Source of the DNA: an uncultured Actinomycetes bacterium
GTDB lineage: Bacteria > Actinomycetota > Actinomycetes > Nanopelagicales > Nanopelagicaceae
Direction: 5' to 3'
Assembly (NCBI GenBank): GCA_903852585.1
Contig: CAINRG010000033.1
Location: 5,633-69,632, forward strand
Length of the DNA stretch: 64,000 nt
Below, one piece after another: positions 40,391 through 49,333 of this stretch. Positions within the stretch are counted from its first letter, which is position 1. The number at the start of each line of letters is the position of its first letter. The notes under the pieces were generated by a model, which searched no databases, was not told where the DNA came from, and worked only from the letters and a program-made list of their open reading frames with translations. Position numbers and translations under genes: made by a program.

Positions 40391-42960
40391 TGAGCTGCTA
40401 GATCCCAACTTTTTCCCGTTCCGATATTGACGGCCAATGGAAGTGAAAGTTTTACCGCTCCCTCCATACCATCACGGACAATCTGAGAGACGATCTCTTT
40501 TTCTCCGGGTGCTAACTCGATAATCAATTCATCGTGTACTTGAAGAAGTAACCGAGACTTTACTTTCGCTTTAACCATCGACTCATGAACCTGGAGCATT
40601 GCAACCTTAATAATGTCAGCAGCAGATCCTTGGATAGGTGCATTAAGCGCCATGCGTTCGGCAGTCTCACGGCGCTGTCGATTGTCGCTGGATAAATCTG
40701 GAAGATAGCGACGGCGCCCCAAAATTGTCTCGGTATATCCAACCTTTCGCGCATGCTCTACAACAGTCTTCAAATAATCCTGGATCCCACCGAATCGTTC
40801 AAAATATTGGTTCATAAGGGCGGATGCTTCAGTTGGGGATAAATCCAGTTGCTGCGAAAGACCAAATGCAGAGAGCCCGTATGCCAATCCATAGGACATT
40901 GCTTTAATCTGGCGACGCATTTCGGCATCCACCTCAGTGCTCTTGACTCCAAAGACTCGCGATGCAACGGTGTTATGGAGATCTTCGCCAGACTTAAATG
41001 CTTCGGTTAACCCTGCATCCTTTGATAAGTGCGCCATGATACGCATTTCGATTTGGCTGTAGTCGGCAGTCAATATCTCGGTGAAAGGATCTGCCGCTAT
41101 AAAGCAATCACGAATCTTTCGACCTTCTTCGGTTCGGACAGGGATATTTTGAAGATTAGGGTCGGTGGATGAAAGCCTGCCTGTTGCAGTTGTTGTTTGT
41201 TGAAATGTTGTGTGAATGCGATTGTCATGCGAGGTCGCCGAGATCAAACCATCGATAGTTGTCATCAATTTACTTGTTTCGCGGATGCGAAGAAGACACT
41301 TTAAAACTGGATGGCCAGTCTTTTCCGCAAGCCATTCCAGACTCTCGGCATCTGTTGTAAACCCAGTCTTAATCTTCTTTGTCTTAGGAAGTTTTAACTC
41401 ATCGAATAGGACAACCTGTAATTGCTTGGGCGAGCCAACGTTAAATTCTCTACCCGCATGTTTATGGGCCTCAGCTGTAGCTTCGGCTACTTCGCTCCGG
41501 AAAAAACTTACAAGCTCCTCAAGGTGTGGTCTATCAACAGCAATTCCCGTCGCCTCCATCTCTGCAAGAAGAAGAGATGTTGGAAGTTCAAGATCTTCAA
41601 GAAGCGAGGTCATCCCGCGCTCGGAAATCTCCTTTTCCAATAAGGGTCGAAGTGAATGCAAATGCGCTGTGTGGGTCGCCGAAAATGTGGAGAAGAGATC
41701 TTCTCCTTCGCCCTGAAGGTGAAGACCAAGATAGCGTTCGACAAGGTCTTCAATCTCTAAGTTTCGCCCACCCGGATTGATTAAATATGCTGCCAGCTCT
41801 GTATCAAAATCCACACCCGCGATTTCTGTGTATCGCGAGATCAACTTTGCGCCGTGGACAATCTTTCTTACAGAGGGATCAGAAAACCACTTCCCCGGCT
41901 TCCCTGATGAATCACTCAATACTTCATCGGCTGTGAGCGACACTGCATAACCTGCAATTTTCCCATCAACAATATTTACATGTAGGGCTACCGGCAATTT
42001 CGCTTGGGAAACGGCTAGGTCAATATCCTTTGAGGAAACCTCTTTGCTTGAAACTTCAGACTTTTGCAAGGGTGCTGGCACATCTTCACCATTTCCCATT
42101 TCCTTGATCCGATCACGAAGAGCTTTAATCTCCAATTGATCGAGCAAGTGAGCGACATCGGATGTATTGAAAGATTTCCATTCAAGTTCATCAACTGTTG
42201 CTTTCACATCCACATCATGAATGAGCTGAGTCAATTCGTGATTAAGTTTTACGCTTTCAAGATTTGCTCGAAGCGATTCCCCTGCTTTTCCAGGAATCTC
42301 CTCCGCGTGCAAAACCAAGCCCTTTATATCCCCATACTCTTGAATCCATTTTGTTGCGGTCTTTTCACCCACGCCTGGTACTGACGGTAAATTATCGCTT
42401 GGATCTCCACGAAGGGCTGCGAAGTCGTGATACTGACTTGGTGTGAGGCCATACTTCTCCTCCACGGCCGCCGGAGTCATGCGTGCAAGATCTGACATTC
42501 CTTTGCGAGGATAGAGGACGGTTATGCTCTGCGAAATCAACTGGAATGAATCCCTATCTCCCGTTGAGATTAAGACCTCAAAATTCTCCTTCTCTGCAGC
42601 CTTTGCAAAAGTGGCGATGATGTCATCGGCCTCAAATCCTTCAATAGCAAATGAACGAATTCCAAGAGCGGCAACCATTTGGAAGAGATAATCCATTTGA
42701 GATCTAAACTCATCCGGAGTCTTGGCCCGCTGAGCTTTGTATTCGGGAAATTTCTCAGATCGAAATGTCTTTCGCGAGACATCGAAAGCCACTGCAATAT
42801 GTGTAGGTTTTTCATCCCGAATGAGATTGAGAAGCATGGATGTGAATCCATATATGGCATTTGTCGGCTGACCTTGAGAGGTGCCAAAATTTTCAACAGG
42901 CAACGCATAGAAAGCGCGATAGGCCAAAGAATGGCCATCTACAAGCAGTAAGCGCTTCAC
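40387..42960 (-). CDS. polA: DNA polymerase I
   Basis: 857 aa. 5'-nuclease N-terminus (LLLVDGHSLAYRAFYAL), polymerase motif A DYSQIEMRIMAH, motif C QVHDEL. Confidence 0.96.
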   Translation of the reverse strand: MKRLLLVDGHSLAYRAFYALPVENFGTSQGQPTNAIYGFTSMLLNLIRDEKPTHIAVAFDVSRKTFRSEKFPEYKAQRAKTPDEFRSQMDYLFQMVAALGIRSFAIEGFEADDIIATFAKAAEKENFEVLISTGDRDSFQLISQSITVLYPRKGMSDLARMTPAAVEEKYGLTPSQYHDFAALRGDPSDNLPSVPGVGEKTATKWIQEYGDIKGLVLHAEEIPGKAGESLRANLESVKLNHELTQLIHDVDVKATVDELEWKSFNTSDVAHLLDQLEIKALRDRIKEMGNGEDVPAPLQKSEVSSKEVSSKDIDLAVSQAKLPVALHVNIVDGKIAGYAVSLTADEVLSDSSGKPGKWFSDPSVRKIVHGAKLISRYTEIAGVDFDTELAAYLINPGGRNLEIEDLVERYLGLHLQGEGEDLFSTFSATHTAHLHSLRPLLEKEISERGMTSLLEDLELPTSLLLAEMEATGIAVDRPHLEELVSFFRSEVAEATAEAHKHAGREFNVGSPKQLQVVLFDELKLPKTKKIKTGFTTDAESLEWLAEKTGHPVLKCLLRIRETSKLMTTIDGLISATSHDNRIHTTFQQTTTATGRLSSTDPNLQNIPVRTEEGRKIRDCFIAADPFTEILTADYSQIEMRIMAHLSKDAGLTEAFKSGEDLHNTVASRVFGVKSTEVDAEMRRQIKAMSYGLAYGLSAFGLSQQLDLSPTEASALMNQYFERFGGIQDYLKTVVEHARKVGYTETILGRRRYLPDLSSDNRQRRETAERMALNAPIQGSAADIIKVAMLQVHESMVKAKVKSRLLLQVHDELIIELAPGEKEIVSQIVRDGMEGAVKLSLPLAVNIGTGKSWDLAAH

Positions 42961-43003
42961 GTGGCTGATTGTAGGTGGCTTGCCCTGCGAATAGACTCAC
43001 TCC

Positions 43004-43423
43004 ATGGCACATGACACTCCTGATTACATGGATCTACTTCGCGAACGTGGCCAAGGAGCCCTCGACAAGAAAATGGGAATTGAGCTTCTCGAAGCATCCC
43101 CTCAACGACTTGTAGCTCGTATGCCTGTTGAAGGAAATACTCAACCTATTGGCTTGCTGCATGGTGGAGCCAACGTTGTTCTTGCCGAAAGTCTTGGATC
43201 CATCGGAACACAACTTCATGCAGGGCCAGAGCGTCGAATAGTTGGTGTTGACATCAATGCGACTCACCACAAGTCAGCGGTAAGTGGCTTTGTTACAGCA
43301 GTTGCCACACCCGTCTCTCTGGGAAAGACCATGTGCTGTTATGACATTGTGATAACAAATGAAAAAGGTGACCGCACCTGTACGGCGCGAATCACCTGTC
43401 TCATACTTTCTGAACGTTCTTAG
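43004..43423 (+). CDS. PaaI/YbdB-type hotdog-fold thioesterase
   Basis: 139 aa. NTQPIGLLHGGANVVLAES is typical of PaaI-family thioesterases. Confidence 0.8.
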   Translation: MAHDTPDYMDLLRERGQGALDKKMGIELLEASPQRLVARMPVEGNTQPIGLLHGGANVVLAESLGSIGTQLHAGPERRIVGVDINATHHKSAVSGFVTAVATPVSLGKTMCCYDIVITNEKGDRTCTARITCLILSERS

Positions 43424-44124
43424 CCGCCCAAATAAGCCTTTGTAACTTCTGGATCTGACTGAAGATCCTTTGCATTACCGCTCATCTTGATGACGCCGGA
43501 TTCAAGCACGTATGCACGCTGTGCAACGCTGAGTGCAGCAAGAGCATTTTGTTCAACAAGAAGAATCGTTGTTCCTTGCTGATTAATCTTTTGAATGGTT
43601 TCAAAGATCAAATCAACTAATACGGGAGCAAGACCCATTGAAGGTTCATCGAGGATGAGAAGCTTTGGCTGACCCATCAATGCGCGACCAACTGCCAGCA
43701 TCTGCTGCTCTCCGCCTGACATGGTGCCTGATTTTTGAGTGATTCTTTCGCGAAGGCGAGGGAAGAGTTCTAGAACTCTCTCTTTATCTGCGGCAATCGC
43801 ATCTTTATCATTTCGCAAGAAAGCACCGAGATCCAAGTTCTCATCAACGGTCATACGAGGAAAAATGCGTCGGCCTTCAGGTGAATGGCAGATCCCCTTT
43901 TTGACAACGTCGTGACCTTCCAAACCATCAATGCGTTCGCCCATAAAGGTGATCGATCCGCTACGAGGCTTCAGAAGACCAGAGATTGCACGAAGGGTTG
44001 TGGATTTGCCTGCGCCATTTGAACCAATAAGGGTAACAATCTCGCCCTCATTTACTTCAAGGGAGATTCCTTTAATAGCCTTAATATTTCCGTAGGCAAC
44101 TTCAAGATTATCGATTTTTAACAT
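43420..44124 (-). CDS. livF: branched-chain amino acid ABC transporter ATP-binding protein
   Basis: 234 aa. GSNGAGKST, MSGGEQQML, LLILDEPSMGL. Confidence 0.9.
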   Translation of the reverse strand: MLKIDNLEVAYGNIKAIKGISLEVNEGEIVTLIGSNGAGKSTTLRAISGLLKPRSGSITFMGERIDGLEGHDVVKKGICHSPEGRRIFPRMTVDENLDLGAFLRNDKDAIAADKERVLELFPRLRERITQKSGTMSGGEQQMLAVGRALMGQPKLLILDEPSMGLAPVLVDLIFETIQKINQQGTTILLVEQNALAALSVAQRAYVLESGVIKMSGNAKDLQSDPEVTKAYLGG

Positions 44125-44903
44125 TAGTGTCCTGCCCCCACACCTTTACCGAGATAGGCCTCAATAACACGTGGATTAGATTTGATTTCTGCTGGAGTTC
44201 CTTCGGCAATCTTTTCTCCGCGATCAAGTACTGTGATTCGCTCAGAGACCTTCATGACAACAGCCATGTCGTGTTCGATCAGAAGAATAGAAATTCCCTT
44301 TTCGTCGCGAATTCGGTGAACAAATTCCACAAATACAGCAGACTCTTGCGGGTTCATTCCAGCTGTTGGCTCATCCAAAAGAAGAACCTTTGGACGAAGT
44401 GCAAGTGCGCGAGCAACTTCAAGGCGACGTTGATCTCCGTATGAAAGATTTCGAGCAAACTCTGTTGCAGTCTTCCCGATACCAACAAACTCAAGGAGGG
44501 CGCGAGCCTCTTCACGAGCTGCCTTTTCTTCGCGGCGTTGAGATGGAAGACCCAAAATTGTGCTTGCAAGAGATGCCTTGAGATGAGAGTGCATCGCAAC
44601 CATGACATTTTCCTCGGCGGTCATAGAACCGAAAAGTCGAATGTTCTGGAATGTACGGGCAACTCCTCCTGCAGCAATCTTGTGAGGTACAAGCGCAGTG
44701 ATTTCAGATCCGTCATACATAACGTGACCAGACGTTGGTTTGTAGAGGCCAGTGAGAATATTAAAGAATGTTGTTTTTCCTGCACCGTTTGGCCCGATGA
44801 GGCTAACAATTCCCTTTTCGGGAATATCAAACGAGACATCGTTGACGGCGACAAGGCCACCAAATTCAACAGTTATGTGTTCTGCGTTAAGAATAGAACC
44901 CAT
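44124..44903 (-). CDS. livG: branched-chain amino acid ABC transporter ATP-binding protein
   Basis: 259 aa. GPNGAGKTT, LSYGDQRRLE, LLLLDEPTAGM. Confidence 0.9.
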   Translation of the reverse strand: MGSILNAEHITVEFGGLVAVNDVSFDIPEKGIVSLIGPNGAGKTTFFNILTGLYKPTSGHVMYDGSEITALVPHKIAAGGVARTFQNIRLFGSMTAEENVMVAMHSHLKASLASTILGLPSQRREEKAAREEARALLEFVGIGKTATEFARNLSYGDQRRLEVARALALRPKVLLLDEPTAGMNPQESAVFVEFVHRIRDEKGISILLIEHDMAVVMKVSERITVLDRGEKIAEGTPAEIKSNPRVIEAYLGKGVGAGH

Positions 44904-44905
44904 GA

Positions 44906-46096
44906 TTAGTGACCTCCTGTATTCGAAGTATCGTCATCGTTCTCATGAGAGATCATCTTTAGCCGCGCTTCTGGCAAGAGGCCATCACGCTTAAAGAGCA
45001 TCATAAGAACCAAGATTCCTCCAAAGAGAAGGAAGTTGTATGAAGGGAAATTGATTTGGGTATGGAAGGTGTTATTGAAGGTGTCACCAACGGCTGGTAG
45101 TCCAGTTGCGTTGATCCATGCCATCAAAAGCGCTCCAACGATAACTCCCCAGACATTTCCCATTCCGCCAAGAACAACCATCGCAAGAAGGATGATGGAA
45201 ATCGAGAAATTGAAACGTTCAGCGAAGATTCCATTGACGTGTGTAGCATAGACGGCGCCACCGATACCTCCGGAGAAAGCACCAACTGCATATGCAGTGA
45301 GCTTTGTGCGCATTAATGGAACTCCCATCATGCTCGCTGCAAGTTCATCTTCACGAATAGCCAGCCAAGCACGGCCAAGACGTCCTCCTCGAATACGGAG
45401 AGAGACAAAGACCATGCATGCAGCAAGGAAGAAGTAGATTAAGAATTTCCAGCCAAGATCGAAAGGTCCAAGACGCTTACCGAAGACTCCGATTGCATCG
45501 ATTGGGGAGATTCCCTTTGTTCCGTTTGAAAGATTGAATCCACCGATATTTTCACCATTCGTAAATACCTGCGGAATGATCTCACCAAAACCTAGGGTTA
45601 CCAGGGCTAGATAATCACTTTTCAGACGAAGTGTTGGTGCACCAATAATGATTCCAAAGAATCCGGCGATGAGAGCGGCGATTACCATCACGAGCCAGAA
45701 GGAGAGGTGGATACCAGGAATGGTATTTGCACTCATTGACCCGAAGTGAATATTTACTTGATGGAAGAAACCGGACATGAACCAACCGGCTGCATAACCA
45801 CCAAATGCCCAGAAGGCAACGAAACCAAGATCGAGTAGACCGGCGTAGCCAACAACAATGTTGAGACCGAGTGCACAAATCACCCAAACAAGAGATTCAT
45901 TGAGCGTTGAAGGCGGAAGCCAAACCTGGAACCACGCTTGAACTGCATCAGGTGTCTTATCAAAGAGATAGGTAAAGAATGCCCAAATTGCGATTGCAAC
46001 GATTGTGAGGGAGATGGCCCATTGACGAGCACTTGCTGGGCTCTTCTGCTTCTTCTTTCCTGAAGTTTTTGAACGCTTAAGAAGTGAAATGGCCAT
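44906..46096 (-). CDS. livM: branched-chain amino acid ABC transporter permease
   Basis: 396 aa polytopic LivM-type permease. Confidence 0.88.
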   Translation of the reverse strand: MAISLLKRSKTSGKKKQKSPASARQWAISLTIVAIAIWAFFTYLFDKTPDAVQAWFQVWLPPSTLNESLVWVICALGLNIVVGYAGLLDLGFVAFWAFGGYAAGWFMSGFFHQVNIHFGSMSANTIPGIHLSFWLVMVIAALIAGFFGIIIGAPTLRLKSDYLALVTLGFGEIIPQVFTNGENIGGFNLSNGTKGISPIDAIGVFGKRLGPFDLGWKFLIYFFLAACMVFVSLRIRGGRLGRAWLAIREDELAASMMGVPLMRTKLTAYAVGAFSGGIGGAVYATHVNGIFAERFNFSISIILLAMVVLGGMGNVWGVIVGALLMAWINATGLPAVGDTFNNTFHTQINFPSYNFLLFGGILVLMMLFKRDGLLPEARLKMISHENDDDTSNTGGH

Positions 46097-46100
46097 GGGA

Positions 46101-47135
46101 TTACACCTTTTCCGTTACTTGCTTGCCGAGTAGGCCTGCAGGTTTAAATACCATCAGAAGAATAAGGATGGAGAAGACCACGGTCTGCGACCACTGCTGG
46201 CCCAGTCCAATTGGAAGTCCATCGTTGAGTCCCTGAATCAATCCAATCAAAATTGCACCGAGTACCGCTCCTGCAAGATTGCCAATTCCGCCCAAAACTG
46301 CGGAAGTAAATGCAATCAAGCCAAGTTGGTAACCAAGGTTGTAGGACGTTAAGCCACGAGTCTGTTGGAACAGCAATCCAGCAACTCCTGCAAGCGCTCC
46401 ACCAAGAGCGAAGGTGAAAGCGATGGTGCGATTGACATTGATACCCATCAATCGAGAAGCATCTTGATCTTGTGCGGTTGCGCGCATTGCCTTTCCTTGA
46501 CGCGTCTTTGTGACAATAAATGTCAGTGCCAGAAGAATTGGAATTGTCACAGCAAAGGAGATCAGCGTTGTGTATGGGAGCTTCACGGAGCCAAGCATGA
46601 GGTGCCCTGAAGGAAGCACGCTATTCCAGGTCTTTTGTCCAGAACCGTTCCAACGAAGACCAACAAATTGGATCATGAAAGAGACGCCAACAGCTGTGAT
46701 AAGTGGGGCAAGCTTTGGTGCCCGACGAAGACGTCGGTAAGCAAAACGCTCAATCATCACATTGATTCCTGCACAGAATGCCATCACCGAAAAGAGTGCG
46801 AGTGCGAAGACAACCCAGCCCATCGGGCTTGATTTTGTCTGGTGGAACCAGAGTGCAATGAAGTGTGCCGAGAAGAGTCCGCCAAGCATGAAGAGGTCTC
46901 CATGTGCAAAGTTAATGAGCTCGATGATGCCGTACACCAGTGTGTAACCCAAGGCAATCAGAGCGTAAAGGATTCCGTTTGAAAGTCCGATTAAGGAAAC
47001 TTCTGCAAACTGCGACGGAGACTTAATGAAATTCATGACAAGCCAGAACAACATGAGCGCAAGAATTGCGACTCCAAACGTCCGCTCGATAATGACACGT
47101 CGAGCCTGTCGGGCTTTGTAACTTGTGTTAGCCAC
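46101..47135 (-). CDS. livH: branched-chain amino acid ABC transporter permease
   Basis: 344 aa polytopic LivH-type permease. GTG start. Confidence 0.88.
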   Translation of the reverse strand: MANTSYKARQARRVIIERTFGVAILALMLFWLVMNFIKSPSQFAEVSLIGLSNGILYALIALGYTLVYGIIELINFAHGDLFMLGGLFSAHFIALWFHQTKSSPMGWVVFALALFSVMAFCAGINVMIERFAYRRLRRAPKLAPLITAVGVSFMIQFVGLRWNGSGQKTWNSVLPSGHLMLGSVKLPYTTLISFAVTIPILLALTFIVTKTRQGKAMRATAQDQDASRLMGINVNRTIAFTFALGGALAGVAGLLFQQTRGLTSYNLGYQLGLIAFTSAVLGGIGNLAGAVLGAILIGLIQGLNDGLPIGLGQQWSQTVVFSILILLMVFKPAGLLGKQVTEKV

Positions 47136-47222
47136 TAGGACCTCTTCTTCGAGAATAATGAATTAATGTTTAAGAAATTCTAAGAAATTACCAATTACTG
47201 CACAACTAGATAAACAGATGAA

Positions 47223-47268
47223 TGGGGCCTGCAAATGCAAGCCCCACCCATCTTGAGATTGCTCTCAA
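47223..47268 (-). terminator. two hairpins after livK (probable intra-operon attenuator/terminator)
   Basis: On the minus-strand RNA: UUGAGA-GCAA-UCUCAA (47253-47268), then UGGGGC-U-UGCA-UU-UGCA-G-GCCCCA (47223-47246), followed by UUCAUCUGUUUAUC. They lie in the 141-nt livK-livH spacer. Confidence 0.5.
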
Positions 47269-47276
47269 TCAAGCGA

Positions 47277-48551
47277 TTACTTAACGGTCCAAGCCTTAAG
47301 GGTTGTCTCGTCGTTGTTCTTGATTACTTCGATCGTGATGTCCTTTGCAAGTGTGTCACCTGAAAGTGTGCTGATCTTCAGCTCCTTACCAAGTACTGAC
47401 TGCTTTGCAGGAATTGAGATTCCTGAACCAGAGAAGACAGCGTTGTTAACACCCTTACGTGTTCCATCTGACTTAGCGATAGCAGCCAAGATAATTTGAA
47501 CTGCAGCTACGCCGTAAAGTGGGTAAGAACCTACTGGATCCTTGCCGTATGCCTTCTTGTATGACTTAACGAAGGTTGCGCCTGCACCCTTTGGATCGTT
47601 AGCAAGAAGAAGGTCTGTTGAAAGACCTGCGAAGCTGAGGTACATACCTTGTGCTTCTGGCATCTTATTGAGATCTGGGTAGCCTGTGAATCCATCTGGA
47701 CCCATGAACTTCACCTTTGTGTTATCGCCAAGAACTGCGACCTTATCCTTTACAAGCTGTCCACCATTGTTGTCGAAGATTCCGCCAACGTAGACCATGT
47801 CAGGGTTAAGAGCTTTGATCTTTGTGAAAAGAGCTGTGTAGTCGGACTGCTTTGCATCCCAACCTTCACCAGTTGCACCTGAAGAAAGAACGGTTAGACC
47901 GATCTTCTTTGCTTCAGTTGTAAATGCCTGAGCAACACCTTGACCGTAGGTCTGAGTATCGTTCAAAACATAAACCTTGCTGATGCCGATTGACTTTGCA
48001 AACTGTGCAGCAGCTGAACCTTGGTTGTCATCTGTTGTACATACGCGAGCATAGTTACGTACGCCATTTGGGTAGTAAACATCAGGCTCACCTGGGTTCC
48101 AAGCCTTTGTGAGGCCTGGGTTTGTGTTTGCATCAGAAACCATGAGCATTGGGCCCTTTGGATCCTGGTTAAGAACAGGAACGATGATCTTTGCGCAACC
48201 TGAGTTGTAAGTTCCCATAACGGCAACTTCAGCCTTGTTTGCTACGTGAGCTTGTGCGTTTGCTGCACACTTAGCAGCATCCCATGAGCCAGCAGCAGCT
48301 GTTGCATCATCGTACTTCTTGAATGAAACCTTGTACTTGCCAGCTGTGTAATTGATTGACTTCAAGTACAACTCGATTGCCTTGTTGGTTGAGTCATTTG
48401 AATCAAATGCTGAACCTTGAAGAGGCAAGTCGCTTGAGATAACAAGTGTCTTTGTAGCGGCATCAGCAGATGTGATGGTTCCAGCTACGAGAGCAGTTGC
48501 TGCAAGTCCTGCAGCAGCAACAACGCTCACAAAACGATTGAGTTTTGTCAT
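47277..48551 (-). CDS. livK: branched-chain amino acid ABC transporter substrate-binding protein (LivK/LivJ, type I PBP)
   Basis: 424 aa. N-terminal signal/anchor VSVVAAAGLAATALVAG (no lipobox Cys). Type I periplasmic binding fold sequence. Confidence 0.88.
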   Translation of the reverse strand: MTKLNRFVSVVAAAGLAATALVAGTITSADAATKTLVISSDLPLQGSAFDSNDSTNKAIELYLKSINYTAGKYKVSFKKYDDATAAAGSWDAAKCAANAQAHVANKAEVAVMGTYNSGCAKIIVPVLNQDPKGPMLMVSDANTNPGLTKAWNPGEPDVYYPNGVRNYARVCTTDDNQGSAAAQFAKSIGISKVYVLNDTQTYGQGVAQAFTTEAKKIGLTVLSSGATGEGWDAKQSDYTALFTKIKALNPDMVYVGGIFDNNGGQLVKDKVAVLGDNTKVKFMGPDGFTGYPDLNKMPEAQGMYLSFAGLSTDLLLANDPKGAGATFVKSYKKAYGKDPVGSYPLYGVAAVQIILAAIAKSDGTRKGVNNAVFSGSGISIPAKQSVLGKELKISTLSGDTLAKDITIEVIKNNDETTLKAWTVK

Positions 48552-48726
48552 AGTCGTTAGGTATACCTTCCTAATTGTTTCCAGTCGTCCCGGGACAGGG
48601 AGGGTGAAAGGTTATAGGGGTGCGGGGAAATCCTCAACGGCCAGGGGGCTATTTAGCCTGCAAAGGAGGTTAAGTTTTTGTTACGAATGCAATTTTGAGC
48701 CTATGGAAGAGAACTCGTTAGTGCCA

Positions 48727-49332
48727 CTACTTCTCTGGAACCGCATCAGGGGATATGACCGCCTGGGCAACTTCCTTCATAGAAATACGTCGATCCATAG
48801 CGGCTCGCTGAATCCAGCTAAAGGCAGCTGGCTCGGAGAGATTTAGGGCCGCCATCAAAATACCTTTGGCGCGATCAATAATTTTCCGAGTTTCAAGACG
48901 TTCATGAAGATCGGCAACTTCCTCGGCCAAACTCTTCATCTGGGCATGGCGGCTTATCGCAATCTCGATGGCAGGTACCAAATCTGAGATGCTAAAAGGT
49001 TTTACAACATATGCCATTGCGCCAGCATCACGAGCACGCTCAACAAGTTCTCGCTGGCTAAATGCAGTCAGCATGAGAACGGGGGCGATCTCAATAATTT
49101 GCTCGGCGGCAGAAATTCCATCCAGTTCTGGCATTTTCACATCGAGAATTGCAAGATCAGGGTTATGTTCCTTTGCAAGAGCAATTGCTTCGACCCCATT
49201 TGTTGCTTCTGCAACAACGTCATAACCTGCTTCTCGAAGCATTTCGACGAGATCGAGTCGAATGATTGCTTCATCTTCTGCAACAAGAATGCGCGCAGAA
49301 ACTCGAGCGCTCTCTTCTGCAGATTTATTCAC
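48727..49332 (-). CDS. pdtaR: ANTAR-domain response regulator (PdtaR-like)
   Basis: 201 aa. Receiver ILVAEDEAIIRLDL...DVKMP..., ANTAR LETRKIIDRAKGILM...WIQRAAMDRR. Near-colinear with mycobacterial PdtaR. The only usable start is GTG 49332-49330. Confidence 0.92.
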   Translation of the reverse strand: MNKSAEESARVSARILVAEDEAIIRLDLVEMLREAGYDVVAEATNGVEAIALAKEHNPDLAILDVKMPELDGISAAEQIIEIAPVLMLTAFSQRELVERARDAGAMAYVVKPFSISDLVPAIEIAISRHAQMKSLAEEVADLHERLETRKIIDRAKGILMAALNLSEPAAFSWIQRAAMDRRISMKEVAQAVISPDAVPEK

Positions 49333-49333
49333 G

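Noticed and set aside
48662-48697. Perfect plus-strand Shine-Dalgarno AAAGGAGGT followed by TTG/ATG start codons.
   Set aside because: The downstream frame is only 6 codons (TTG TTA CGA ATG CAA TTT TGA), and the longer 48472-48846 ORF is in another frame, antisense to pdtaR. I interpret the sequence instead on the minus strand, as an anti-SD-like element of the livK leader.
48552-48726. Search for the canonical ANTAR target (two short stems with hexaloops, A at loop position 1 and G at position 4) in the livK leader.
   Set aside because: By eye, the only hairpins have tetraloops or 8-nt loops (GGCU-AAAU-AGCC, UUAGG-N8-CCUAA, GUC-CCGG-GAC). None fits the dual-hexaloop pattern, so a covariance-model search is needed before any claim.
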